From: a bacterium
GTDB lineage: Bacteria > Hinthialibacterota > Hinthialibacteria > Hinthialibacterales > Hinthialibacteraceae
Direction of reading: 5' to 3'
Length of the DNA: 64,000 bases
Assembly (NCBI GenBank): GCA_963662285.2
Contig: CAXXMV010000001.1
Location: 768,001 to 832,000, forward strand
A program made the position numbers and the translations under genes. Numbering within the stretch: the stretch's first letter is position 1; every line of letters begins with the position of its first letter. The notes below the pieces were generated by a model that ran no database searches, was not told the DNA's origin, and worked only from the letters and a program-made list of their open reading frames with translations. Below are positions 18,552-28,734 of the stretch, piece by piece.

Positions 18552-20690
18552 ATGAAAAACCAAATATTAAGCCGGTATGCTGTATTCTCAATCATAGGAC
18601 TGTGCGCTTTCGCCTTGTTTTTCTCTGCATCTTGCTCGAGAAATCAAACGGGAGAGTTATCCGGCGTTGTGCAATTGAGTAAACTGACCAATTCAGAAGG
18701 CGTACTGGTTTTTATCCCCGGTACGGAATATCGCGCTTTGACTGATTCCAACGGAGCTTTTTTAATCACCAACATCCCGCCAGGCGAGTATGTCATGACG
18801 GCGCAATCTGATGGTTACACCGAAATTCGTGAAGACGTTATCATCACTGCCGGAAGCCGGGCATCCATAGGTCCGTTTATCCTGACCAAACCGCATCAAC
18901 CTGAGGGAACCCTATCTGGATTTGTTACTCTGGAGGGCGAAAGAACCCATGAAGATGTACTGCTGATTCTGGTTGGCGACAAATATACCACCACCAGCAA
19001 CACCACTGGTTATTATCAAATAACAGGAATAGAACCCGGCGAGTATCTATTACTGGCCTTGAAAGAGAATTGGCTGCCGGTTTATAAAAGTGATATCAAA
19101 ATTAACGACGGCCTTGAAACTCAGGTCGAAAAATTTGAATTAAAGAAGCCGATTCTTGGTCCTACTCCAACCCCGGCGCCGCCAACTTTGGGCGACAAAA
19201 TTCTCCAGGGAATGGTCTTTCTGGAAGATGAAACCGATCATACCGGCATCAGCGTCGTGTTGGAGGATACGCCAGGCATATTTGCTATCACCGACGCCAG
19301 CGGAGCTTTTCGTATAACCGGACTGGATGAAGAAAAGCATAATCTGGTTTTGTCACATAACGGCTTCCTTGATGAAGTAATCTCTAACGCTATCCCAGTT
19401 GCCGCCGATTCTACTCAATCATGCGGTTTTGTCACGCTCCAGAAAGAATACAGACCGGAAGGCGTTGGCGTGCTGCAAGGGCATGTATATTTGGATGACC
19501 AACTGCAACATGGCAACACCACGGTTCAATTGGAGGGAATTTTTCCTTCGGTTTGGACTGACGCTGAGGGACGCTACAAAATCGTCGGCGTTCCCGCAGG
19601 CGTATATAGATTAATAGCCGGGCATCCAGGTTATGCCACCGGAACTCTGAGCGATATCATTATCAGAGGAAACTATGTTGAACAAGCGCCGGAACTTACT
19701 CTTAATCCTTCAGAAGATAATAATTCCGACGCTAAAGGTGAAATTGTCGGCCTGGCTTTATTGGAAGGAAAAGACGATCAGGGCGGAATCCTAGTCGCCA
19801 TTGAAGGAACTTCATTAATTTCGGTAACCGGGCCGGAAGGGAACTTTGCTTTTCCGGAAGTCCCGGTCGGCGCATATACTTTGATTTATACCAAAGGTGA
19901 ATACAAAACCCAATACCTTGTTGGCGTTCCGGTCAATGCCAACCAGACCACTCCCTTGCAACCGATGATGCTTCCACGGGATATCGAGCCGCCTTATGTA
20001 ATTGAAACTTATCCCCGCAATGGCGCCCGTAGAATCCCCATCAATGAATTTATCGACCTGATAATCCGTTTTAGTGAACGGATGGATGGCGGTTCAGTAA
20101 AAAGAGCCGTAAATATTGATCCTCCCGCCGCATTCGAGGCGTTTTTTGACCGGGAAAGTCAACTTTCTGATATGGATGCTCTCCATATACGCTTATTCAA
20201 CACGCCTGATATGCCGCTTAATTTTGAAACGCGCTATCGCGTGGTTATTGATACCCGCGCCAAAACTCCAACCGGAGTTCCAATGGCTGAACCTTTCGCA
20301 TTCCTGTTTACTACTGATGGGGCGTTGATCGTTAATAGCATACCGCAAAGAAATGATTCTCAATTCACGCTCAATTTAACTCAACAACTGGTGATCGAAA
20401 CCAATGCCGCAGTTGATCAGAAGGTTTTTGAACGATCCATCCGTTTTCGTCCAATGCCGGATTCAAAGCCCGAATATCAATTTATTCCCATCGGCGCGGG
20501 AACCAGAATATTGATTAACGCCAATCTTCGACCAAATACCCGTTATCGCATTCAAATTACCAACTCGCTACGGACTTTAGATGGACATAAATTCACCAAC
20601 ACCCCTTATACGCTTAACTTCAGTACTGTAGACGCCCCGGATTTCGATGACCAACAGTCTTCGAGGCGCTCTTCACGAAGAAGGCGGTAA
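18552..20690 (+). CDS. Lipoprotein with repeated carboxypeptidase-regulatory-like domains and C-terminal Ig-like domains
   Basis: Lipobox-like FSASC, five G-x-V-x-L...TD..G.(F/Y) repeats, and DIEPPYVIETYP...FSERMD Ig-like motif. Confidence 0.8.
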   Translation: MKNQILSRYAVFSIIGLCAFALFFSASCSRNQTGELSGVVQLSKLTNSEGVLVFIPGTEYRALTDSNGAFLITNIPPGEYVMTAQSDGYTEIREDVIITAGSRASIGPFILTKPHQPEGTLSGFVTLEGERTHEDVLLILVGDKYTTTSNTTGYYQITGIEPGEYLLLALKENWLPVYKSDIKINDGLETQVEKFELKKPILGPTPTPAPPTLGDKILQGMVFLEDETDHTGISVVLEDTPGIFAITDASGAFRITGLDEEKHNLVLSHNGFLDEVISNAIPVAADSTQSCGFVTLQKEYRPEGVGVLQGHVYLDDQLQHGNTTVQLEGIFPSVWTDAEGRYKIVGVPAGVYRLIAGHPGYATGTLSDIIIRGNYVEQAPELTLNPSEDNNSDAKGEIVGLALLEGKDDQGGILVAIEGTSLISVTGPEGNFAFPEVPVGAYTLIYTKGEYKTQYLVGVPVNANQTTPLQPMMLPRDIEPPYVIETYPRNGARRIPINEFIDLIIRFSERMDGGSVKRAVNIDPPAAFEAFFDRESQLSDMDALHIRLFNTPDMPLNFETRYRVVIDTRAKTPTGVPMAEPFAFLFTTDGALIVNSIPQRNDSQFTLNLTQQLVIETNAAVDQKVFERSIRFRPMPDSKPEYQFIPIGAGTRILINANLRPNTRYRIQITNSLRTLDGHKFTNTPYTLNFSTVDAPDFDDQQSSRRSSRRRR

Positions 20691-20735
20691 ATTTCAAATA
20701 ATTGATTCAACTTACATCATCCTATTATCTGTATA

Positions 20736-20764
20736 TTGACGTCCCAATTCGATTCGGCTACTAT
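20736..20764 (+). promoter_or_regulatory. Sigma70 promoter of rpsU
   Basis: TTGACG-17 bp-TACTAT. Confidence 0.65.
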
Positions 20765-20854
20765 TTTAGATCACTCGACAGGGCGAATATCTTTTCACGT
20801 CTTAATTATCCCTGGCTATATGCCAGCATCTTATAAGTAAAGGTTGTGATATAA

Positions 20855-21046
20855 TTGGTCGCAGTTGATGTCAAAGACGATGAGGATATTCAGATTGCGT
20901 TAAAGCGGTTCAAACGGAAATGCATCAAAGAAAGCATCCCGCAAGATATCCGTAAAAATGCATATTACGAAAAGCCAAGTGTCCGTAAACGTAAAAAACA
21001 CCTTAAAGCTGTCAAACGACAAAAGAAAAATCGAAGAGATCGATAA
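20855..21046 (+). CDS. rpsU: 30S ribosomal protein S21
   Basis: ALKRFKRK...YYEKPSVRK motif, TTG start. Confidence 0.95.
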   Translation: MVAVDVKDDEDIQIALKRFKRKCIKESIPQDIRKNAYYEKPSVRKRKKHLKAVKRQKKNRRDR

Positions 21047-21102
21047 AATCCTTCGCCCATTAAAGTGTCGAGTATAAATAGGGAGCGTTTGCTCTCGTTA
21101 AA

Positions 21103-21129
21103 AAGAGGGAGGTATTTAACCTCCCTCTT
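21103..21129. terminator. Hairpin terminator after rpsU
   Basis: AAGAGGGAGGT/ACCTCCCTCTT 11-bp stem. Confidence 0.6.
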
Positions 21130-21318
21130 CCTATGTTTATGATTATTTCGAATATTTGGCGTTTCAACCCACTTTGTCATAACTGATCGTCTTTCTATAC
21201 TTATATAGGTTGCCAATCTCTTTTGATGCGTCTACCGCTTTATTGTATATAAATTATCCTGAAAATGACTGATCGATTATGATTTGAATGTCAATTGAGA
21301 AAAAAGAGGTTATTGATA

Positions 21319-21363
21319 ACAACCCCCTCTTGAATTCTCCCCCAACTTGGGGGAGAGGGTTGA
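21319..21363. repeat. REP-like hairpin related to family A
   Basis: CAACCCCCTCT...CTCCCCCAACTTGGGGGAGAGGGTTG. Confidence 0.65.
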
Positions 21364-21517
21364 TGTCGGCAATCTTCGTAGAAGAATAAACAACAATATC
21401 AAATTCACTTTTTAGATTATGAATGAATTAGGACAGATATAACTCAACTGCTGTTAGTAGAATTATGTAAACCACTATAGATTATTTATATCGAAGATCA
21501 CTGAGGAAAGAATACTT

Positions 21518-24175
21518 ATGGATATTGCAAAACGTTACGACCCCGCCGGATCACGCGAAAAATGGTATGATTTCTGGCAGGACAACAACCTGTTTCACGC
21601 CGATGAGAGTAATGACAAACCCGCTTATTCTATCGTAATCCCTCCACCCAATGTTACTGGAAAACTACACATTGGACACGCGCTCAATAATACCCTGCAA
21701 GATATTCTGTGCCGCTGGAAGCGTATGGAGGGCGAAGAAGTACTTTGGATGCCGGGTACCGATCATGCGGGCATCGCCACCCAGAACGTCGTTGAAAAAC
21801 AACTGGCTCAAGAAGGCCTGACCCGCCATGACCTGGGTCGGGATAAGATGCTGGAACGCATCTGGACATGGAAGAAGGAATACGGCGACGCCATTATCCA
21901 TCAGTTAAAATACCTCGGCTCTTCCTGCGACTGGGATCGTACGCGCTTTACTCTGGATGAAGGTTTATCTCATGCGGTGCGAGAAGTTTTCGTTCGTTTA
22001 TATGAAGACGGCAGCCTTTACCGAGGCAATTATCTGGTCAATTGGTGCCCGCGCTGCCACACCACGCTTTCGGACGATGAAGTGGAATACACCGACTCAA
22101 ATGGCTCATTTTACTATATAAAATATCCATTCGCCGACGGTTCGGGCGATATGACTATCGCTACCACCCGACCGGAAACCATGCTGGGCGACACGGCTGT
22201 GGCGGTGCATCCTGAAGACGAACGCTATCAACACCTGGTCGGCAAAGAGATTCTGCTGCCCCTAATGAACCGTAAAATCCCTATTATTGCGGATTCCTAC
22301 GTTGATCCTGAATTCGGCGTCGGCGCCCTCAAGATCACCCCGGCTCATGATATCAACGACTTCGAAGTGGGCAAACGTCATAACCTGGAACAGATCAACA
22401 TCTTCAACGAAGACGCCACCATCAATGGAAACGGCGGCGTCTATGAGGGAATGGAGCGTTACCAAGCCCGTAAAAAAATTGTTGCAGACCTTAAAGAGCA
22501 AGGCTTGCTGATCAAGGTTGAAGATCACCAGAACAGGATTGGCGGCTGCTACCGTTGTAATACTAACGTTGAACCTTATCTTTCCCTACAATGGTTCATC
22601 AAAATGAAACCGTTGATGGAAGAGCCTATCAAGGCGGTGCGCGACGGGCGGGTTAAATTTATCCCCAAACAATGGGAAAACACTTATTTCTCCTGGGTCG
22701 AAAACGTGCGCGACTGGCCTGTCTCCCGACAAATCTGGTGGGGACACCGCATCCCGGTCTGGTATTGCGACGACTGCGGCGAGATGACTGTTCCCCGCGA
22801 AGACCCTGACTGCTGCGCTCATTGCCAGAGCAAGAACATCCGTCAGGATGAAGACGTACTCGATACCTGGTTCTCTTCAGCGCTATGGCCTTTCTCTACA
22901 ATGGGATGGCCTGATAAAACCAAGGAATTGGCTAAATTTTATCCCACCACTACGCTGGTCACCGGACATGACATCATCTATTTCTGGGTGGCGCGTATGA
23001 TTATGATGGGATTGTACATCATGGATGAAGTTCCCTTCAGCGACGTCTATATCACAGCTTTGGTGCGTGATGCGCAGGGACGCAAGATGTCCAAATCCCT
23101 GGGAAACGCGATTAACCCCATAGATGTGATCGATAAATACGGCTGCGATTCGGTGCGCTTCACCCTGGCTATCATGGCCGCCCAGGGACGCAGCATTAAC
23201 CTGGATGAAGAACGCATTGAGGGATACCGCAACTTCACCAATAAAATATGGAACGCCACCCGCCTGATCCTGGCATCCATCGAAGAAGGCGAAGTTCTCT
23301 CCGGCGAGGCGCCGCAGGATAAACTGGAGTGGGCGGACCGCTGGATTCTATCGCGGCTGCAACACGCCATAGACGCCGTGCGCAAGGGGATGGAAGAATA
23401 TAAGTTCAACGATGCATCCGAAGCGCTCTATCATTTCGTGTGGCATGAGTACTGCGACTGGTATCTGGAACTGATTAAACCGCGCTTGTACGGCGATGAT
23501 CTGGAAGCCCGGCTGGTGGTGAAGAAAGTGGCCTTCCAGGTGCTGGAATGCGCCCTGCGTATGCTGCATCCCTTCATTCCATTTATAACCGAAGAATTAT
23601 GGCAGATACTCAAAACCCTGGGCATCCCCCATGAAGACGCTATCAGCATCATGAAGACCAGTTACCCCAAATCGGATCAATCGGCCATTGATGATGCGCT
23701 GGAAGCGGATGTCGAGAAATTCCAGAAGTTCATCTACGTAATCCGAAATATCCGCGGCGAGTTGAATATCGCTCCCGGACTGGAGACCAAGGTTGAATTC
23801 AAAATCTCTGATAGTGCTGATGAGGAATTTTTGAAGAGATACTATCCCCTCATCGCAACCCTGTGCAAAATAAACCAGGACCTCAGCGCCAGCGCCGATC
23901 TGGAACCCAATCCTGCATCATCAGTGGGTATGGTGGATGGCTGCGAACTGCGCGTGCTGTGGCCCGCCGAAGTGGAAGAGAAAGAGATCCAACGCCTGCA
24001 AAAACAGGTCGAGCAACTCAACAAAGTCATCATGGGACGCGAGAAGAAATTATCCAACAAAAATTACGTCGACCGCGCTCCCGAAAAAGTCGTGCAGATA
24101 GAACGCGACAAATGCCAAAGCGAAATGCAGGAATGCGAACGATTGAAGAAGCAACTGGAGATTTTGGCGAAGTGA
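21518..24175 (+). CDS. valS: Valine--tRNA ligase
   Basis: PPPNVTGKLHIGH, DHAGIATQ, SRQIWWGH and KMSKS motifs, plus a C-terminal coiled coil. Confidence 0.98.
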   Translation: MDIAKRYDPAGSREKWYDFWQDNNLFHADESNDKPAYSIVIPPPNVTGKLHIGHALNNTLQDILCRWKRMEGEEVLWMPGTDHAGIATQNVVEKQLAQEGLTRHDLGRDKMLERIWTWKKEYGDAIIHQLKYLGSSCDWDRTRFTLDEGLSHAVREVFVRLYEDGSLYRGNYLVNWCPRCHTTLSDDEVEYTDSNGSFYYIKYPFADGSGDMTIATTRPETMLGDTAVAVHPEDERYQHLVGKEILLPLMNRKIPIIADSYVDPEFGVGALKITPAHDINDFEVGKRHNLEQINIFNEDATINGNGGVYEGMERYQARKKIVADLKEQGLLIKVEDHQNRIGGCYRCNTNVEPYLSLQWFIKMKPLMEEPIKAVRDGRVKFIPKQWENTYFSWVENVRDWPVSRQIWWGHRIPVWYCDDCGEMTVPREDPDCCAHCQSKNIRQDEDVLDTWFSSALWPFSTMGWPDKTKELAKFYPTTTLVTGHDIIYFWVARMIMMGLYIMDEVPFSDVYITALVRDAQGRKMSKSLGNAINPIDVIDKYGCDSVRFTLAIMAAQGRSINLDEERIEGYRNFTNKIWNATRLILASIEEGEVLSGEAPQDKLEWADRWILSRLQHAIDAVRKGMEEYKFNDASEALYHFVWHEYCDWYLELIKPRLYGDDLEARLVVKKVAFQVLECALRMLHPFIPFITEELWQILKTLGIPHEDAISIMKTSYPKSDQSAIDDALEADVEKFQKFIYVIRNIRGELNIAPGLETKVEFKISDSADEEFLKRYYPLIATLCKINQDLSASADLEPNPASSVGMVDGCELRVLWPAEVEEKEIQRLQKQVEQLNKVIMGREKKLSNKNYVDRAPEKVVQIERDKCQSEMQECERLKKQLEILAK

Positions 24176-24216
24176 TGGATTGATTAAAGTGGAGAGATAT
24201 TAAAGGCGCGATGGGA

Positions 24217-24912
24217 TTAATCCTGTTGCGCTCTTTTTTCTAAAGTACTTTCCACTTTGTTTATGAGTTCACAACAAAAAGTGTTACAAGCAAGAACTAA
24301 TTCATTTATCGGAATTCTTGAATAATCAATTTCAACATTTCTCGCATCAATATACCATTTCTCACATAATTCTTCATTGATATTGTCACAAGGATTTTTT
24401 TTATTCAACTCATAACTCCCATTATTATGTTTAAAGGCATTGTTGAGTATCCGAATCGCGTTAACCGTATTAAGTTCTTTGATTTCATCCAGTTTGATAC
24501 CGACTTTTTTAAAATAATCTTTAATAACACAGGCTTTATGAAGTTTATCGTCACTTACTCCGTTTTTTAAATATTCTGAACATATTCTAATCAAACCTTT
24601 AAAAAAGAATTCTAATTCCGCCCACATGGATACAATAAGGGCAGCATACATGCTCTTCGTGATACGGGATAAACGATAATAATCTTCAGAATACCAATCA
24701 TCTGGGAAATTTTCATTTTTTGATTTCTCAATGAATTCAGATAGAATTTTTTCTTCATTATCGCGTCCCTTTTTAATTCGGTTTTCCCAAGCAGCCCATA
24801 TTGATCCATTGTATGAATTTGGGAAGGTGTTATCGATACTTATAATCTCCATGCCCTTCAAGTGATGTTTCCATCCAGTATGGAAAACCTTACTTCTTGA
24901 ATCATTTCCCAT
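24217..24912 (-). CDS. Hypothetical AT-rich protein, possibly HEPN-like
   Basis: GGAGG RBS. LIVSMWAELE helix and RILNNAFKHNNG resemble HEPN E...R-x-H motifs. Confidence 0.6.
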   Translation of the reverse strand: MGNDSRSKVFHTGWKHHLKGMEIISIDNTFPNSYNGSIWAAWENRIKKGRDNEEKILSEFIEKSKNENFPDDWYSEDYYRLSRITKSMYAALIVSMWAELEFFFKGLIRICSEYLKNGVSDDKLHKACVIKDYFKKVGIKLDEIKELNTVNAIRILNNAFKHNNGSYELNKKNPCDNINEELCEKWYIDARNVEIDYSRIPINELVLACNTFCCELINKVESTLEKRAQQD

Positions 24913-25165
24913 GCCACACCTCCATAATCTATATTAATTTGACATCTTAAGAATTAATTGTACTCCAGTGTTCGATTAAATAATAAAAACACTCTTTGAT
25001 TTTTTTAATTTAAACATGTATCATAATAGTAGCGACTAGATGCTCGTTCCAAAAAGCGAGTTTCTCTTTTTGAGACTAGTCGTTCCGAATTTTATGTCCT
25101 CGCTAACCGTTAAGCCATGTAGTGTGGTCACGTTTTACCGATCCACTAGTAATAAATTGTTGATT

Positions 25166-25196
25166 CGGTGGGTCATAAAACGCGACCCACCCTACG
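25166..25196 (-). repeat. GTAG-type REP palindrome
   Basis: Minus strand reads GTAG-GGTGGGTC-GCGTTTTAT-GACCCACC. Confidence 0.7.
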
Positions 25197-25215
25197 AGGC
25201 TGCAACTTTAATACA

Positions 25216-25941
25216 TCACAAAGGACGAATCCACACGCTGTAGTAGCGTACCGGATTGCCGTGATCCTGTAGGTATAGAGGTCCCTTGTCGGCGGCGCCT
25301 TTTAGTGGGGCGGCGGTGGTTGGTTCGATTCCAACGGGGATGTGATCCTGGATTAGTACGCCGTTATGCAGCACGGTGAATGATCCGGGGATGACTTTAC
25401 CATCGGCCTGTTGCTTGGGCGCGTGGAAGATGATGTCGTAGGTCTGTTTCTCTCCCGGTTTGCGGCATACGTTTACCAGTGGGGGATAGTGTCCATAGAA
25501 AGCGCCGCACTGGCCGTCCGGATAGGTTTTGTTATTGTAGTTATCGAGTATCTGGATTTCGTAGCGCCCCATAAGATAGACGCCGCTGTTGCCGCGTCCC
25601 TGATCCTTGCCTTCTACTTTTGAGGGAGACGACCATTCGACGTGCAATTGGCAATCGGTAAATTCCTCTTTAGAGAAAAGCCCTCCGTGGGGGGTGGTTT
25701 CCATAAAACCGTTGCCCAGATTCCATTTAGGTTCAGGGCTGTTTTGTCCACGGAACTTGGACATGTCCTTGCCGTCAAACAACACGATGGCATCCGCTGG
25801 CGGACCGCCGATTGGACCGGGATCAACCACGGTAGGCTCTGGCGCCTTGTCGGTTTCTGCGGCAAACGAGACTCCGGAGAAAAGTAATCCCATGAAAACG
25901 ACTGTACTTATTAATACTGTTAAACCAAATACTTTTTTCAT
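25216..25941 (-). CDS. DUF1080 (3-keto-disaccharide hydrolase-like) secreted protein
   Basis: PPADAIVLFDG, QGRGNSGV, YEIQILD and LQDHGNPVRY motifs. Signal peptide from MKKVF. Confidence 0.9.
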   Translation of the reverse strand: MKKVFGLTVLISTVVFMGLLFSGVSFAAETDKAPEPTVVDPGPIGGPPADAIVLFDGKDMSKFRGQNSPEPKWNLGNGFMETTPHGGLFSKEEFTDCQLHVEWSSPSKVEGKDQGRGNSGVYLMGRYEIQILDNYNNKTYPDGQCGAFYGHYPPLVNVCRKPGEKQTYDIIFHAPKQQADGKVIPGSFTVLHNGVLIQDHIPVGIEPTTAAPLKGAADKGPLYLQDHGNPVRYYSVWIRPL

Positions 25942-26216
25942 ATCCCAAACCTCAATTTCTATTAGATAAATACTCAGATTAATGTTAACATGTATTATCA
26001 TTACATCAATATCAAACCAAGTTATTTGGAGTTTCCTAAAATACTAATCTGGGCGCCAAGGTGAAGTCAAAGCCAATATACAAAATCATAAGTAATAAAA
26101 TCAAAGGCTGACCTCTTAACGGTCTTGCCATTGGTGTACACGCTGCATAGCACTGGTATACCTATTACATGTGAAATTAATATGTTATTTACTTTAATTT
26201 CACCTATTAAACATTT

Positions 26217-26489
26217 TCAATCTCCACCATCCCCTCCATCCCCTCCGAAATCAAACCAATCTACACCACCATCACCTCTATTGCTTTTATCTATTTTTTT
26301 TAATACTATAAGAACAGGTGCACAAACAACTACGATTAGAATTACGAATGCATAGAATGGGATATTATTATACAATAAAAGGTAATAATACCGATTATAA
26401 TAAAAACGATCATATATCCCGAAAATAAACACTATAAAAGCAACGGCAATATAGATTTGTAAGATTAGGTTAAATATAAAAGTTTTCAT
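26217..26489 (-). CDS. Small orphan 2-TM membrane protein with a Gly/Asp tail
   Basis: 90-aa AT-rich ORF ending DFGGDGGDGGD. Confidence 0.6.
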   Translation of the reverse strand: MKTFIFNLILQIYIAVAFIVFIFGIYDRFYYNRYYYLLLYNNIPFYAFVILIVVVCAPVLIVLKKIDKSNRGDGGVDWFDFGGDGGDGGD

Positions 26490-26860
26490 TTTTCAATATC
26501 CGTGGCGCTCACGCTCCGCATATACGTAACATTCAAAATTTATTATCAAAATCATGATTTGTTATAAGACTATTCATCTCATAGACCATCTACTATCTCA
26601 TATCTGACCAATCAAATCAATTAAAAATTGGCTATAATTATCCACTTATACATATAAAATTCCAGATCACGAATTTCATCATTAGAATTTTTGCACTACG
26701 CGACGCGCCTTGTTGAAACGCTTTGCTTTTAGACCGTCTACCTAACTGAATTTATTGTTTTTTCTAGACTAAAAAAAACTAATTCAAATAATTTTAAATA
26801 TTTTAAGCGGATGCCTCGTAATAGTATCGGCTAATTGCGTAAAATCGATTACTTAAGATA

Positions 26861-28639
26861 GTGGAATGGAGAAGTGTGATGCTACGTAGATTTATTACTC
26901 TTTTGTGCTTTGGATTTATTGCTGCCCTTCAAACAGCGAATGCTGACGAACCGCTTCCACCTGTTGCGCAATGGTTTCCCCAGGATGCGATTCTCACGCT
27001 TGAAATATCTAAAACCACGGATTTGCTGGACTTGGTTCTCAGCCCCATATTGATTAAGGCGGTTACATCTACGCCTGCTTATCAAAATGCGGCTTCTCAA
27101 ACAGGCTTTAAGGAATTCCAGGGAGTAATTCAATATTTAGAGACAATCCTGGGGATTGACTGGAAGTCGGCAGTACAAAAACTGCTGGGCAAAGGGGTGA
27201 CTTTAGCCTTTCTTCCAGATGAGGCTTTCTTGTTGGCAATAGATGCGGAAGACGAGGATTTACTAAAACAACTGCATGATACATTGCTTGGTTTTGCTAA
27301 GGATGATGCTATTAAAAAAGGGGAACCGGATAAAGTCGAATCCAAAGAGTATCAAGGAGTAACAGGTTGGACCTTGGATGGGAAAGAAGCCCACGTCATC
27401 ATTGGCAACCGCCTCCTGTATTCTAATAAATCGAAAGTTCTCAAAGATGTACTTGATAGACGTGCGGGACTGATTAACCAAAACCTTACAGAAAACCAGG
27501 TATATCAATCAGCAAAAAAAACCGTTAACGCCGATGCCGCGCTCTCGATTTTCCTTCGCCTGGATATCCTGAATAAACTGCCTCAAATGCAGAAGGCCTT
27601 AGCACAGAATATGAATCCTTTGTTAGCCTTGCTTCTTGCTGAAATACCTGAGGCCATACAAAAATCAAACTGGTTATCGCTTGCTTTGGATGTTAGTGAG
27701 GAGACATTATCTCTGAACGCTAGCATGGATGGTATGCTTAGCGATACTGCGGGGCCAATGACGTTCGCACGGCCAGATAAATCCAATAATGGAGCGCCGC
27801 CTATTCTAACAGTTCCCCGGCAGATCGCCGGCATCAGTTTCTACCGTGATTTATATAAATTCTATGCTGCTAAAGATGATTTATTCCCCGAGCGGACATC
27901 CGGCCTGATATTCTTTGAAAACATGATGGGGATATTCTTTACTGGCAGAGATTTGACTGAAGAAGTCTGGAAAGAAACAAAACCCGAAATCAGGATTGTC
28001 GCCGCCAAGCAGGAATATGATCCATCCATCGGGATCCCTGGTACTCAGTTTCCTGCATTCGCCGTCATCTTCAAACTCCATAATCCCCAAAAATTTGGCG
28101 AAGTCGTCGAAGAAGCATGGCAAAAAGCGATTGGTTTGATCAATTTTACCAGGGGACAGCAAGCACAACCCGGATTACTGATTGACAGACCGGTTTACAA
28201 TGATATAAAAATAACCTCGACCTATTTCTCCTCAGTTCAAGAGGAAAAGAAAACCAACCTGGACACGCGTTACAATTTTCAGCCCACGCTGGCGAGGATT
28301 GATGATAATTTGATCTTTAGTTCTACAGACCAGCTGGCGAAAGATTTGATCGACAGCCTGAAAAAGGAAAAAGAACAATCTGTGGAGTCATTAAAAAATA
28401 CTCATAGCGTCGTTGAACTTGATGCGGTTCAAATATCCTCGATCTTGAAAACCAACCGCGAGACTATGGTTCGTCAGAATATGGTTGAAAAAGGAATTTC
28501 AAGGGAAGACGCTGAAACGGAATTTGACTTGTTGACGTATGTAATAAATTACCTGGGACACGCCAGTCTAAATGTAGGAACCCAAAAGGCTCATACAAAT
28601 GCAAAATTGGAAATCAAACTTAATCTTCCTAACCAATAA
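26861..28639 (+). CDS. Secreted hypothetical protein (DUF3352-like) upstream of DUF1800/DUF1501
   Basis: Signal peptide, 592-aa ORF, operon-like position. Confidence 0.7.
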   Translation: MEWRSVMLRRFITLLCFGFIAALQTANADEPLPPVAQWFPQDAILTLEISKTTDLLDLVLSPILIKAVTSTPAYQNAASQTGFKEFQGVIQYLETILGIDWKSAVQKLLGKGVTLAFLPDEAFLLAIDAEDEDLLKQLHDTLLGFAKDDAIKKGEPDKVESKEYQGVTGWTLDGKEAHVIIGNRLLYSNKSKVLKDVLDRRAGLINQNLTENQVYQSAKKTVNADAALSIFLRLDILNKLPQMQKALAQNMNPLLALLLAEIPEAIQKSNWLSLALDVSEETLSLNASMDGMLSDTAGPMTFARPDKSNNGAPPILTVPRQIAGISFYRDLYKFYAAKDDLFPERTSGLIFFENMMGIFFTGRDLTEEVWKETKPEIRIVAAKQEYDPSIGIPGTQFPAFAVIFKLHNPQKFGEVVEEAWQKAIGLINFTRGQQAQPGLLIDRPVYNDIKITSTYFSSVQEEKKTNLDTRYNFQPTLARIDDNLIFSSTDQLAKDLIDSLKKEKEQSVESLKNTHSVVELDAVQISSILKTNRETMVRQNMVEKGISREDAETEFDLLTYVINYLGHASLNVGTQKAHTNAKLEIKLNLPNQ

Positions 28640-28734
28640 ATTTGTTAGTTTCAGCGGAGTAATTGAATTGCATGCAGTATATCAAGAGATCAGAACATTA
28701 TTATGAAAAACAATCTAGATAATGAGGTTAAGTA

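Noticed and set aside
21130-21517. T-box leader upstream of valS
   Set aside because: No GGTGGNACCGCG T-box motif. The hairpin there is a REP-like repeat.
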